In this document: piece by piece, positions 44,586-54,623 of the stretch
How positions within the stretch are numbered: position 1 is the stretch's first letter
Layout of the letters: the number at the start of each line of letters is the position of its first letter
Virus record (IMG/VR): IMGVR_UViG_3300026549_000036
Strand: one strand, 5' to 3'
From: a virus
Lineage: Duplodnaviria > Caudoviricetes
DNA length: 64,000 bases
Program-made: the position numbers and the translations under genes
The notes under the pieces: model-generated
Told to the model about the DNA's origin: nothing
Seen by the model: only the letters and a program-made list of their open reading frames with translations
Database searches by the model: none

Positions 44586-44971
44586 TGGTTTACATTTGGG
44601 CAGCTAATAAATCTAAAACGATTATCAAACAACTTAATGGTTCTACATTTAGACTGGATGAACTTGTTCAAGTACAAATTGATGCGTTTACTCAAAATTT
44701 AACTTTCACTTTTGTCACAGACGAGAATGACAAATACACATTTGATTTGGATGTAAAAGTAGACCACGATGAAAGATGCTCTTTGCGTTATTTTGGAATA
44801 ACAAGTCCACAAAAACATTTCGCTACTGGAATTAACGGTATGAAAGGTAAAAATACAATGGAAGATTTGAACAAATTTATAAATTCTCAGTTAAATCCAA
44901 TTAGAGATGTGTTTGATAAAAAGTTTAAAGAAGAATGTAAGTTAAAAGGCATTGAAAAGGATTTTGACTAA
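44585..44971 (+). CDS. DF-tail family protein
   Basis: ends KLKGIEKDFD*. Confidence 0.7.
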   Translation: MVYIWAANKSKTIIKQLNGSTFRLDELVQVQIDAFTQNLTFTFVTDENDKYTFDLDVKVDHDERCSLRYFGITSPQKHFATGINGMKGKNTMEDLNKFINSQLNPIRDVFDKKFKEECKLKGIEKDFD

Positions 44972-45309
44972 TGACCAGAGATGAATACGAAGAAGTCTGT
45001 AAAAAATTTCCAGATTATCTTAATTTGACTGGTAGTGGTACTTGTTATATTAAAGGTGCTGCCACATTTGGTTTATACGAAGTAACAGATATTATTTACG
45101 AAGGTTGTGTTTTAGATGATAAAGTTATTGGTAAAGTTTGGTATAAGTGTTATAGTCCAGATAAAAAGACAATACAAACTAGGTCAAAAATTTGTTATAA
45201 TGCCAATACTAAAGAAGAATTTGAAAAGAAAATACAAGAATTTATAGAAAATTACAAAAAAGTTCAAGTTAAATTGAAACAAATAAATCTAAACAAGGAT
45301 TTTGAATAA
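44971..45309 (+). CDS. DF-tail family protein
   Basis: ends KQINLNKDFE*. Confidence 0.7.
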   Translation: MTRDEYEEVCKKFPDYLNLTGSGTCYIKGAATFGLYEVTDIIYEGCVLDDKVIGKVWYKCYSPDKKTIQTRSKICYNANTKEEFEKKIQEFIENYKKVQVKLKQINLNKDFE

Positions 45310-45683
45310 TGGGAATACCAATGCGGCGTGTGAAAAATAAACCAGCATTTACTTGTTATCCATATACAGAATTGAACTGGGTTTATGATTATTCATTGAA
45401 TAGTCTTGAACGAAAAATGTACTTTCATTTTATGAAGAGGTTAATGCCAATTTGTGAAGAACATGTCAGTGAATGGACTGATATGTTTGATTGTTTTGAC
45501 CCGTTCGGATCTGATTTAGAGATTGTTGTTTGGCGAGTAGTTATTCTATTGGGATATAAACCTTGGAACCAGTATTATTATGCTAAAATGGATGACGATA
45601 CTTTGTTCGCAATTTTAAACAAACGAATCAAAGAATTTAAAGCACAGCAGAAAGTAAAAAATATGGAGGCAGATTTTGAGTGA
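45309..45683 (+). CDS. DF-tail family protein
   Basis: ends KVKNMEADFE*. Confidence 0.7.
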   Translation: MGIPMRRVKNKPAFTCYPYTELNWVYDYSLNSLERKMYFHFMKRLMPICEEHVSEWTDMFDCFDPFGSDLEIVVWRVVILLGYKPWNQYYYAKMDDDTLFAILNKRIKEFKAQQKVKNMEADFE

Positions 45684-46014
45684 GCCTTGGATAAGTTCAA
45701 AGGAATTAAGAGATGTTGTGTATAAATTTTATAATACCGTCATATTAGACAGCGAAAGGAATAAAAGATTAGCCAAATGTATAGATGAAACTGAAATTAG
45801 AGAAATGCAGAACAGATATAAAGCATTATGGTGGAATGAAGCTGTAACACTTGTCATTATGGAGAAGATTTTAGGTGTAACTAATTTTTCCGAAACTGTA
45901 TTTAGTCAATTTATAAACCTAACTACTAACAAACTACTTGAGATTATTGACTACGGGATAAAAGAGTATCAAGTTAGGAACAAATTAAACAAACTTGAAT
46001 CAGATTTCAATTAA
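45676..46014 (+). CDS. DF-tail family protein
   Basis: ends KLNKLESDFN*. Confidence 0.7.
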   Translation: MSEPWISSKELRDVVYKFYNTVILDSERNKRLAKCIDETEIREMQNRYKALWWNEAVTLVIMEKILGVTNFSETVFSQFINLTTNKLLEIIDYGIKEYQVRNKLNKLESDFN

Positions 46015-46036
46015 ACAAAATTGTTATCCAAAACTA

Positions 46037-46064
46037 TTGACAATAAAAATTTAAATTCTATATT
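46037..46064 (+). promoter_or_regulatory. sigma70-type promoter
   Basis: TTGACA-N16-TATATT; AAGAGGT RBS downstream. Confidence 0.7.
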
Positions 46065-46092
46065 TAACTAAAAACTAAAAGAGGTATTATCT

Positions 46093-46617
46093 ATGAAAAT
46101 TGAATTGAATTTGACTTCTGCCTTCACTCTCCGTAAGAGAATTAAAGAATTGGGTAGAGTAAACGAACAAATCCTTGCGTTTAGCAAGTATGTTGTTGAA
46201 CCAGAACAAGTTGACGAAGAACTTGAGAAGTTTGAAAATAAGAGTGTCTATGACACATTTATGTTGAGTTCAAAGTGTGGTGATGAATCATACAGACTTC
46301 AAAATTTGATTGACGAACACAATAACAAGGGTAAGGTTGTATTGAATCAACTCAATGCGATTAACAAGAAGATTGAAATTGCGACCCGTTGTGCCAATGC
46401 TCTCAAAGTGAATCGTACACAGAAGTCTCGTAACCCTGTAACCGGTAACTGGGAAGTAACTAAGTTACAGAAGATTACTGATACAGATTTTGAAACTATT
46501 TTGGACGCTTTGACAAAGGAAAAGGTTCGTGCTGAAGACGAATTGTCAAAGATTAATTCCAAAGAAACATTCACATTTGAATTGGATGACGAAATCTATA
46601 AGAAGATTTACGGCTAA
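46093..46617 (+). CDS. Coiled-coil protein resembling the DIP1984/septicolysin-like family
   Basis: L..A..LRKRI.EL N-terminus, central L...I...N, C-terminal LD.L..E....ED.L...N....F pattern (recalled similarity, not searched). Confidence 0.45.
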   Translation: MKIELNLTSAFTLRKRIKELGRVNEQILAFSKYVVEPEQVDEELEKFENKSVYDTFMLSSKCGDESYRLQNLIDEHNNKGKVVLNQLNAINKKIEIATRCANALKVNRTQKSRNPVTGNWEVTKLQKITDTDFETILDALTKEKVRAEDELSKINSKETFTFELDDEIYKKIYG

Positions 46618-46624
46618 TTTTTAG

Positions 46625-46890
46625 ACCGAGTTACTGAAACGATTTGTTATTGGCTTTTATCTGGGAATTTGCCTTTCGCAAAATTGCACGATGAAGTCGG
46701 ATGGTGATTTACACATTTCAAACGCTGAGTAACCATCTGTTTGATATGCTGAAGTCTTGAGCCGATGATAACCCATTTAAAGCTACAAAATTTTAAGATT
46801 GTAAAACTAACAGTTCTTAATTTTTAGTTTGTTTCAATTATTTCAGTGACATTTATTAAAAAAGAACGAAACAAAAAGTTCTCGGGTAAT
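46625..46890 (+). ncRNA. Putative structured non-coding RNA
   Basis: ORF-free ~330-nt gap with nested stems 46630-39/46841-50, 46647-56/46759-68, 46666-72/46678-85, 46698-705/46732-39, 46804-10/46824-30, several containing G.U pairs. Confidence 0.5.
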
Positions 46891-47408
46891 TCCAAAACAG
46901 TTCTTTTGAAAAAAGTCTTTTTTGAATTTATTTAAATAAAAAGGAAAATCATATATGATAGTAAAAGCAAATGTTCTAACTAAAGATGGTAAGCGTGGTA
47001 CCGAATGGTTCCTGGTACGCTTTGACCATACCCCAGTAAAAGATGTAACCAAGCGTCATCGCAGAACCGGTCTCTGCTCAATTTTCTATTTGACAGATGA
47101 CGATTACGATGGCGGAGAAAACTTCGCTTCTCGCATTTGTGGCGAAAAGAATAAGTACTTCGTTACTGATGCCAAGATAGTTTGTTCGGAAAAGGATAAC
47201 TATGTAAAGGCTTATGCCCGAAATGTTACTATGAAGAAGGCTATCCAGCAGATTATGACAATGCAGTCTAATGGCGAATTGTCCTGGGATTTCACATTTG
47301 ATAATGAAACCTTCAAATCTTTCATTACCACATTGAATAAACAGCATCCGCACGGTAATGCCGCTGCTATGAAGTTGCTCCAAAATAGCAGTTATCGTCA
47401 TAACAAAA

Positions 47409-47475
47409 AGTAAATAAAATTTTACAAAGAAGGAGACAATCGGGTATTGACAAAATGCCCGATTTTTTCTATATT
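47409..47475 (+). promoter_or_regulatory. Promoter module
   Basis: AGTAAA-N6-TTTACA 47409-26, TTGACA 47447, N17, TATATT 47470. Confidence 0.8.
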
Positions 47476-47501
47476 ATAAACATAACCACAAGGAGTTTAC
47501 A

Positions 47502-47759
47502 ATGGAATGGCTTTAAAACGCAAATACATTTTCTAAATTCACTGTTTATTGTGGATTTGGTTACTGGTGCATTAAGAGTGTTCGCGGTACCGGAAAATGG
47601 TTAAAGACCTATGGTGGCAGTCCGAACATGTGCCAGTGGACTCGTAACAAAGCAGAAGCTCTCATTTTCTGCTCCGATGACAAGGTGGTTGATTTCATTA
47701 AGCAGTTTGAACATTGTGAAGTTGATACCTGGGATTGGGATGGCAAAAATGTTGTTTGA
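47502..47759 (+). pseudogene. Gene with in-frame TAA at codon 5
   Basis: AGGAG RBS, MEWL*NANTFSKFTVYCGFGYW...GKNVV; the frame stays open after the stop. Confidence 0.6.
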
Positions 47760-48008
47760 GATAAAATTTTATTACGATGACGGCACAGTTTCACACGATT
47801 TAATAGAATGTGAAAATCCGACCAAATGGGAAGGAAATAATGTTTTAACGAATATGGCGAAAAGAGCAAAGTTTGAAACTAATGCGTTTAAGCATAAAAT
47901 TGTAAAGATTGAAAAGAAATGTGTGCTGGCTTGTAAAACAAAGAATTTCAAACAACATAGCTGGTGTTCCGGTGATGGTTATGTTTGGCCTGCAGAATGG
48001 TGGAAAAT

Positions 48009-48407
48009 GTGAAACGAAGTACTTTTGAACAATATGTAACAGAATACTGTGAGGATTTGGCACTGAAAGAAAATTCTCACCAATACAAGCGTTGTAAACA
48101 TGCTTGTGTTCTGACATATAATGATGCCATCATTTCAAGTGGTGTAAATTCAAAACTGTTCAACGATTTTACGAAACAGTACAATGATTTGAAGACATTA
48201 CACGCAGAACCTGTTGCGATTATGAGAGCGATGAAACACCACAGCAAGATTATTCATAAATGCGAACTGTGGGTTTGTCGCAACAATGAGATTTCAAAAG
48301 AAAGTCGCCCGTGCCCGATGTGTATGAGAATTATTAAGGGATTTGGAATTAAACGAATTCATTACACAACTGGTGCTGGCGAATGGAAAGAAGAAACTTT
48401 AGAATAA
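48009..48407 (+). CDS. Cytidine/dCMP-type zinc deaminase
   Basis: HAE and PCPMC motifs, H-x-C-V-L, SGVN. Confidence 0.8.
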   Translation: MKRSTFEQYVTEYCEDLALKENSHQYKRCKHACVLTYNDAIISSGVNSKLFNDFTKQYNDLKTLHAEPVAIMRAMKHHSKIIHKCELWVCRNNEISKESRPCPMCMRIIKGFGIKRIHYTTGAGEWKEETLE

Positions 48408-48418
48408 GGAGATAAACT

Positions 48419-48805
48419 ATGGCTGCTATGACACCCGAACTAAAAGCACGATATAAAGAACTTGGTATTCGCAATAGCACTTGGAGAGGCCCGAATGGTA
48501 AAGAATATGTTGTTTGTAGAGGTGGTGAATTTTATATGCACACGATCTGCGAAACATACGTTCCACGCCGATTTGTGATGGGAAAACCACAATGTAAGGC
48601 ACAAGGACTTGACCCAGAAGAAATGGTAAAATACATTGAGTATAAGGCACTCAGATATCACAGTTCTTATGGTGGTGGCGGTTATGAAAAAACAATTTCA
48701 TACAGTACAGTAGAAGAATTTAACAAACTGTGGGCTATGTTCCAGATGGGATATAAAGACGCTGAAATGCGAAACAAACTAAATAACATTAAGGAAGATT
48801 TCTAA
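48419..48805 (+). CDS. DF-tail family protein
   Basis: ends KLNNIKEDF*. Confidence 0.7.
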   Translation: MAAMTPELKARYKELGIRNSTWRGPNGKEYVVCRGGEFYMHTICETYVPRRFVMGKPQCKAQGLDPEEMVKYIEYKALRYHSSYGGGGYEKTISYSTVEEFNKLWAMFQMGYKDAEMRNKLNNIKEDF

Positions 48806-49081
48806 ATGACTTATTGGGAACTGGATAAATTAGTTGAAGAATTTGGTCTGAAAAAAGACCAAATACTGAACCGACTATATTATTCAAAACGCACAATAGG
48901 TAATTATTATTATAATTTTGCTAGTGATAACCCAGTTGTAAAAATTGAATTTTGTCAGTCTTCTATCAACACAAAGTATGTAAAAACTGCAAGAAAAGAA
49001 ATTATGCGACAAATTGAAAGAGTTAAAAAAGAAAAACTTGAAAACAAAATAAAACAAATTAAAGAGGATTTCTATGGCTAA
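48806..49081 (+). CDS. DF-tail family protein
   Basis: ends KIKQIKEDFYG*. Confidence 0.7.
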   Translation: MTYWELDKLVEEFGLKKDQILNRLYYSKRTIGNYYYNFASDNPVVKIEFCQSSINTKYVKTARKEIMRQIERVKKEKLENKIKQIKEDFYG

Positions 49082-49587
49082 ACTGACCGAGAAAGAATTA
49101 AAAGAAAAGTGGATTGAAAATGCCTGTGACTATCTGGCAAACAAAACCAGGAATGAACAGATATTCAAGTTCAATTCCGATACAGAAACGAATGGCTACT
49201 GTGGACGTTCATTTCACGAAAAGGTCGGAGAACCTTGGGTTCGTGGTGTTTACAAGTGGTGTGCAGTAAACATTAACAATAACTTTGTTGTGTTCTATTG
49301 TGGTGAGCGAGAAGCACAAACTTATTTGAAAAGTAAGTTCAACAATGACCCACCTGCTGCTTGTATTACTCTTGACGAATGTAAGTGTGCTGACATTAGC
49401 AAAGAAGATAAAGCCTTGCTTGACAAGATTTATGACGAAATGTGTATGCGTATTCACGGTATGAATGAACAAATTAACAGAATGTACATTCAGTGCGAAA
49501 AAGAATTTGAAATTCAGCGTGAAAGTGAAACTATGTTTGAATTTTTGGAATCAACCGAAGAAGAAAAGAAGGAAGACCCCGGAGAAA

Positions 49588-50178
49588 ATGTTAAATCTGA
49601 CGAATGAAAATGTGATGGTTGTAAGTGATACTCACTTTAGACACAAGAAATTGTGTTTTGGTGAAGCAGAACACTTTGACAGAACTCGTAATTACAAGTT
49701 TACATCTGATATGGATGCCGACATTATTGCTCAGTGGAATAAGAACATTGGGGATAATGACGTTGTAATCTTTTTGGGTGATTTCTTGATGAATACTCCG
49801 GTAAAACAGACCGAAGAAGTATTCTACCAGTACTACAATGCTTTGAACAAGGGCAAGAAAATGTACTGGATTTGCGGGAATCATGACCATCTTTTGAGAA
49901 AGAAGATTGGTTGGGATAAGCTAAATATGAGTTATCATTTGGAATTTATGAAGGATAATCGTTTGTATGTAATACAGCACGAAGACTTCATTGAAAACCA
50001 AAGACACATGCCAGTTTGTGAATATGACAGTAATGTTGTGTTCGTTCACGGACATACTCACGAATCAAATAAGCTTTCTCGTTTCCAATACAAGGGAATG
50101 AACCTTGTACAGAACTGTGTATGCTGGGATGCTTGGTATCGTCCCGTAAATGTAAATGAACTGGAGGGTTGTGTATGA
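49588..50178 (+). CDS. Calcineurin-like metallophosphoesterase
   Basis: SDTHF, LGDF, GNHD, H, HGHTH. Confidence 0.9.
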   Translation: MLNLTNENVMVVSDTHFRHKKLCFGEAEHFDRTRNYKFTSDMDADIIAQWNKNIGDNDVVIFLGDFLMNTPVKQTEEVFYQYYNALNKGKKMYWICGNHDHLLRKKIGWDKLNMSYHLEFMKDNRLYVIQHEDFIENQRHMPVCEYDSNVVFVHGHTHESNKLSRFQYKGMNLVQNCVCWDAWYRPVNVNELEGCV

Positions 50179-50832
50179 TAAACACTGGTTGGATTCCTGG
50201 TTATCTTCAGCGTTGTGGTGAAATGCTTCGTGAGCATTATGCTAATAAACGCAACAGACAGACTTTGTCCGAATCGGAGTATTTCAATAGAGTAATGAAG
50301 TATGTTGATATGCATCCGAAGAGGGACGAAATTCTGTCTGATTTGAAAGCAGATGCTCATATTCTTGCTGAATGTTATGAAGAAGGTCACCCACCTGAAT
50401 ACTGCTATGCTCAGTTGCTAAAATTGTATTTTTAAGGAGGACTAAATGAAAAAAATTATTTTATGTGTATTGTTGTTTACGAGTTTTATCTTCGCATTGA
50501 ATTGTAAACCACTAACAGACGAACAGAAAGAAACAATGGCACGTGAACATTTTACAGAAGTTCCTGCCATTATAAATTCTGGTATTATGTGCGAAAATGG
50601 ATTTTACTATAATGCTACATCAGTATTGTTTGTAGATGTTTGCAAAGCAGTTAATCTTAAAACAAGAACTGAAACAACCATAGTTAATGTTTTAGATAAA
50701 CGAAATAAAACAGAATATACTTATGATGAGTTTTGGATTGCTATAAAAGAAAGTAATGAAACTACTTCTCAAACTTGCGCAGATTTGTATAAGCAGTTTA
50801 AGAAAGAAATGAAGTAATTTCATAAATACAAT

Positions 50833-51480
50833 ATGGCAATAGACCCACAATTATATCTTGACATAGCAGCTAACAATGTGGACCCGATGGTGTTTGAGTT
50901 TGATGACTTAGGCGACGGTCCGGGTCCAATGTTCGGTGGTATGGGTGTAAAGATTACTGGGACTTATGGCGGTGCACCAGTTGATGTATGCCGTGGTCCT
51001 TGTATTAGATACACACCAATGAAAACTGCTGAAGAAATTGAAGCCGAACAACAAGCAGAATACGAAGCAGAACAAGCTAGAATTAAATTAGAATACGAAA
51101 CTTGGACTAATAAATTCAAAGCAAATCATTATACAACAGAACTTTCTTTTATCTTTGGTAATTTGAACAAGCAACAGTTGAAATGGATAAAACATATTCT
51201 TGATACTGACGAAGATGCGACATACATTTATGCTGGAAACAAAGATAGAAGTGAATTTTTAAGTATAAACGATGTCTGCGCCCACGTTACAAAATCCAAG
51301 ATTAAAAATGGAAAACTTGTTTGTGAGATTGAATTTGATTATACAGATCCGGGTTTAAAACTTTTTCGTAATTGGCAGAATGGATTTGCCCCAAAGTTGA
51401 ATTTAAATACTATATTTGTGTATGATGAAAAGGACCCAAATTTACAGAACTTAAAATTTCTTTGCTTGGAGTTTGTATGA
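50833..51480 (+). CDS. hypothetical protein, possible degenerate prohead-protease (T4 gp21-like) fold
   Basis: INDVCAHVTK..IKNGKLVCEIEF..TDPG..L; preceded by CATAAATA. Confidence 0.3.
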   Translation: MAIDPQLYLDIAANNVDPMVFEFDDLGDGPGPMFGGMGVKITGTYGGAPVDVCRGPCIRYTPMKTAEEIEAEQQAEYEAEQARIKLEYETWTNKFKANHYTTELSFIFGNLNKQQLKWIKHILDTDEDATYIYAGNKDRSEFLSINDVCAHVTKSKIKNGKLVCEIEFDYTDPGLKLFRNWQNGFAPKLNLNTIFVYDEKDPNLQNLKFLCLEFV

Positions 51481-51911
51481 TAATCAAACGGAACGATTTT
51501 ACAACTTATTTAGAAAATCATATTACGAAAGAACAAAATCAGGTACTACAAAGTGTACCTGGTTTTCGTGTAAAGTATATAAATATGCTTTCAGTTCTTA
51601 CTGAAATTATGGAACGTGATTATCATTGGGCAAATAATCAAACATATAAGTCCAATTATTACGATTTAATTCCTGATACATTCAAATCGTATTATGCAGA
51701 AACATACGCAACAAGATATAAATTGTATTTCCACACTCAGTTTATGAAATTTCCATCTGAATGGATATATAAGTATACCAGTTTAATAAATGAAGGTTTC
51801 TTTGACTTTATAAAAACAAACGATTATGCAGATTTCTATAATATAGAATATCTGATAAAAATGATTGAAAACATTTTAAAAATTGCTAAATTTAGAATAG
51901 ATGACTTCTAA
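51477..51911 (+). CDS. DF-tail family protein
   Basis: ends AKFRIDDF*. Confidence 0.6.
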   Translation: MIIKRNDFTTYLENHITKEQNQVLQSVPGFRVKYINMLSVLTEIMERDYHWANNQTYKSNYYDLIPDTFKSYYAETYATRYKLYFHTQFMKFPSEWIYKYTSLINEGFFDFIKTNDYADFYNIEYLIKMIENILKIAKFRIDDF

Positions 51912-52284
51912 ACAACAAAACATAATTAAATTGCAAAACCTAGCAGTTGAACTAGGTTTGTTTTATTCCTATTTAAATTCTTATGAAACTGATGCAACCG
52001 GTGGTGAATTAGTTTTTACTTATAATTTAGAGGAATATAAACAATATCCAGTTAATAACAAATGTAGATTTATTATTAAACAGTGGTTCTTTTTGTGTGC
52101 TTATGTAAACAATTATGGAGAGTTTATTGTTCATACAAAAATACCTTATCCGGGATTTAATGAAAAAGTACATTTTAAATCATTTGAAGAAGTTAGACAA
52201 TATATAATTGACTATATGAGATACTCCAAAGAACATTTTGTAGATATGAAACTTGAGAAAATACAGTGGGATTTCAATGAATGA
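51901..52284 (+). CDS. DF-tail family protein
   Basis: ends KLEKIQWDFNE*. Confidence 0.7.
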   Translation: MTSKQQNIIKLQNLAVELGLFYSYLNSYETDATGGELVFTYNLEEYKQYPVNNKCRFIIKQWFFLCAYVNNYGEFIVHTKIPYPGFNEKVHFKSFEEVRQYIIDYMRYSKEHFVDMKLEKIQWDFNE

Positions 52285-52579
52285 AAACGAAGTTAAATCA
52301 TTTTTAACCAAATATAATCTTAAAATACTTGGAGTAGATAAAGAAAACATTTGGCCTTGTGTAATTGGAAAAAACGATATAAAATTAGGTTTTGTAAATA
52401 AAAAGTGGACAATTTATAGACAAGTATTTTATATTTCACTTGTAGATAGGTTTGACTGCGCAATAATGTTTGATGATTATAAAAAATGTTGTAACTTCTA
52501 CGAAACCGAAACTGATAAACATTTTAAAGAATTAAGAGAATTCCGAAAAATTAAACAAATACAGGAAGATTTTGAATGA
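52277..52579 (+). CDS. DF-tail family protein
   Basis: ends KIKQIQEDFE*. Confidence 0.7.
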   Translation: MNENEVKSFLTKYNLKILGVDKENIWPCVIGKNDIKLGFVNKKWTIYRQVFYISLVDRFDCAIMFDDYKKCCNFYETETDKHFKELREFRKIKQIQEDFE

Positions 52580-53364
52580 TACATTTAGTTTGTTTGACAA
52601 AACCATATAACGAACTTGATTTTAAAATTTGGTACAAATGGCATAAGTTACTTGGAATTGACAAAATCCATATTTTCCACAATGACAGTGATTTACGAAT
52701 TAACAGACTGATAAATCCGCCGGACGAATATCAGTATATCAGTGGGTGGCCGAATCAATGGCAGCTCTATAATGACATTTTGAATAAAAATACACTCGGT
52801 TTCAAAAATGAAGATATAGTTATTTTCCTTGACGATGACGAATTTTTGTGGATTGACCAGAAAGAACCGCTAGATGCTCTGTTAATGAAACAGTTTAGAA
52901 TGTTAGATTGTGTTATGGTTCCGCAAATTCTAATGAGTACAAAGGATGTGACTGAGCAACGTAGCACTAATCTAATTGAACACAGTTATTACAGAAGAAA
53001 CGATTTAGCGAACCAGGGCAAATGTATACTTTTGTATAATGACAGAAACGAATACGATTTTACAAAAGAAGAACAGAATGAACGCGGCCATATTCCGTTT
53101 ATAAATGGAATGAGATTTAGTGATGTTGTAGGAAGTGACTGCTCCAAAACCACCTATGGCTTGGTCGCTTATGACGCTCCTGTGCGTTTATATCACTATC
53201 ATATCAAATCATTAGACGATTGGAAACACAAACTTGCACGTGGAAGTGCTGCGAATACTGCCCAAATCTATGACGAAGATATAACTAAAAACAAATGGTA
53301 TGGAGATTATTCAGTTATAGACCTAACAATGTTGAATGCTGCGAAGAAAATCGGTCTTTTGTAA
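52576..53364 (+). CDS. Glycosyltransferase (GT92/GT2-like, GT-A fold)
   Basis: W..WH..LG.D.I.I..ND, FLDDDEF (DxD), LYHY..KS...W..K..RG. Confidence 0.75.
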   Translation: MIHLVCLTKPYNELDFKIWYKWHKLLGIDKIHIFHNDSDLRINRLINPPDEYQYISGWPNQWQLYNDILNKNTLGFKNEDIVIFLDDDEFLWIDQKEPLDALLMKQFRMLDCVMVPQILMSTKDVTEQRSTNLIEHSYYRRNDLANQGKCILLYNDRNEYDFTKEEQNERGHIPFINGMRFSDVVGSDCSKTTYGLVAYDAPVRLYHYHIKSLDDWKHKLARGSAANTAQIYDEDITKNKWYGDYSVIDLTMLNAAKKIGLL

Positions 53365-53425
53365 AGAAAGTTTTACATAAAACTTATTGAAAACCATTGA
53401 CAACTGTCAATGGTTTTTCTATATT
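53360..53425 (+). promoter_or_regulatory. Promoter module
   Basis: TGTAAA-GAAAGT-TTTACA 53360-77, TTGACA 53397, N17, TATATT 53420. Confidence 0.85.
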
Positions 53426-54022
53426 TACTTATGTAAACAACAAAACAAGAGGTAACAAAAATGGACATTTCCAAAATCAAAGAAATTTGCGACAAGCTCC
53501 CGCCGGTTGAACCGCTCCCGCTCAAATATGGCGAACCAAAATCCCAGTTCATTCGTGAACTCGCAAAGAAGCACAACATTCCGCTTGTTGATGCGGCAGA
53601 TTTTGGTAACATTGAACCTGTTGTGATTGACGAAAACGCAAAGAAGGTTGATTTTGACACTACTGCGTTCTTCTCTAACCAAAATCTTGTTCTGTTTTTT
53701 GATGAAATGTACATTAACGGAATTACTGGTGAAACCTTTTTCAATGGGGAGAATAACTAATGTCTTGTAGAACAGTTATGGCAAGCTTTGCAAAAGGAAA
53801 TAATCTTGAAGAACGAATTGCCGAAAATATGGCTCGTCTCGGTGGCTCTCACGAATTTTGGGAAAGAAGATTAACCCACGGTTGGGATGCTCTTGAAACT
53901 AAACTTAAAGAACTGCATGCCAATGGTTTGAATGACGAACAAATTATTTCAAATATAGTTGAATCTTGGGGTGGCAAGGAACTGGCAAAGGATTTTAATA
54001 AACTAATGAAAGGAGAAAACTA

Positions 54023-54448
54023 ATGAATAAAATTGAAGGTATTCTTTTCGCTATTATCGCAGTTCTGTTTATCGCAGGCGGAACTTGGCTCGTTCACTAT
54101 AACCATACTGTGGTAGAACAGGAAAAGCAGTTGATTGCTGAATACGAAGCACAGAAGGAACTAATTAAGGAAATTGAGCGACCCGACCAATGTGATGACA
54201 TTACGGCACGAATGGCATGGTCAGACATCCACATTAACAAGCAGTATAAGAACTGTTGGTGGGATACGTTTGATTACAGAGGTTCTGTTGAAACCCGAAC
54301 CAGCTTTATGTGGATTGTTTGCCCCAATGAAGTTGATATGCCTGACTCACTCAAATCATACAAGTTAAACAGAGTGTTTAAGAAGAAGGACTATATTTAC
54401 GAATTTGAATGTAAGTGGATTGACTACGCAAAGGTTAAGGAACACTAA
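54023..54448 (+). CDS. membrane-anchored Cys-containing protein
   Basis: N-terminal TM; PDQC...ARMAW.D....YKNC. Confidence 0.6.
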   Translation: MNKIEGILFAIIAVLFIAGGTWLVHYNHTVVEQEKQLIAEYEAQKELIKEIERPDQCDDITARMAWSDIHINKQYKNCWWDTFDYRGSVETRTSFMWIVCPNEVDMPDSLKSYKLNRVFKKKDYIYEFECKWIDYAKVKEH

Positions 54449-54623
54449 TGCAAAAGCAGATTTTAAAGAAAGCAAAGAACGAACTAAAAACGGCCTGGAG
54501 ACACGCTATGGAAGATGCGGTTTTCTATAAGGCATCTGAATACTCTGGTTGGTCTGCTTATGGAGATACTTATTCCCCGAAATGTAGATTTCAGTCTCCT
54601 GACACTATCGGTGATTACAGAAA

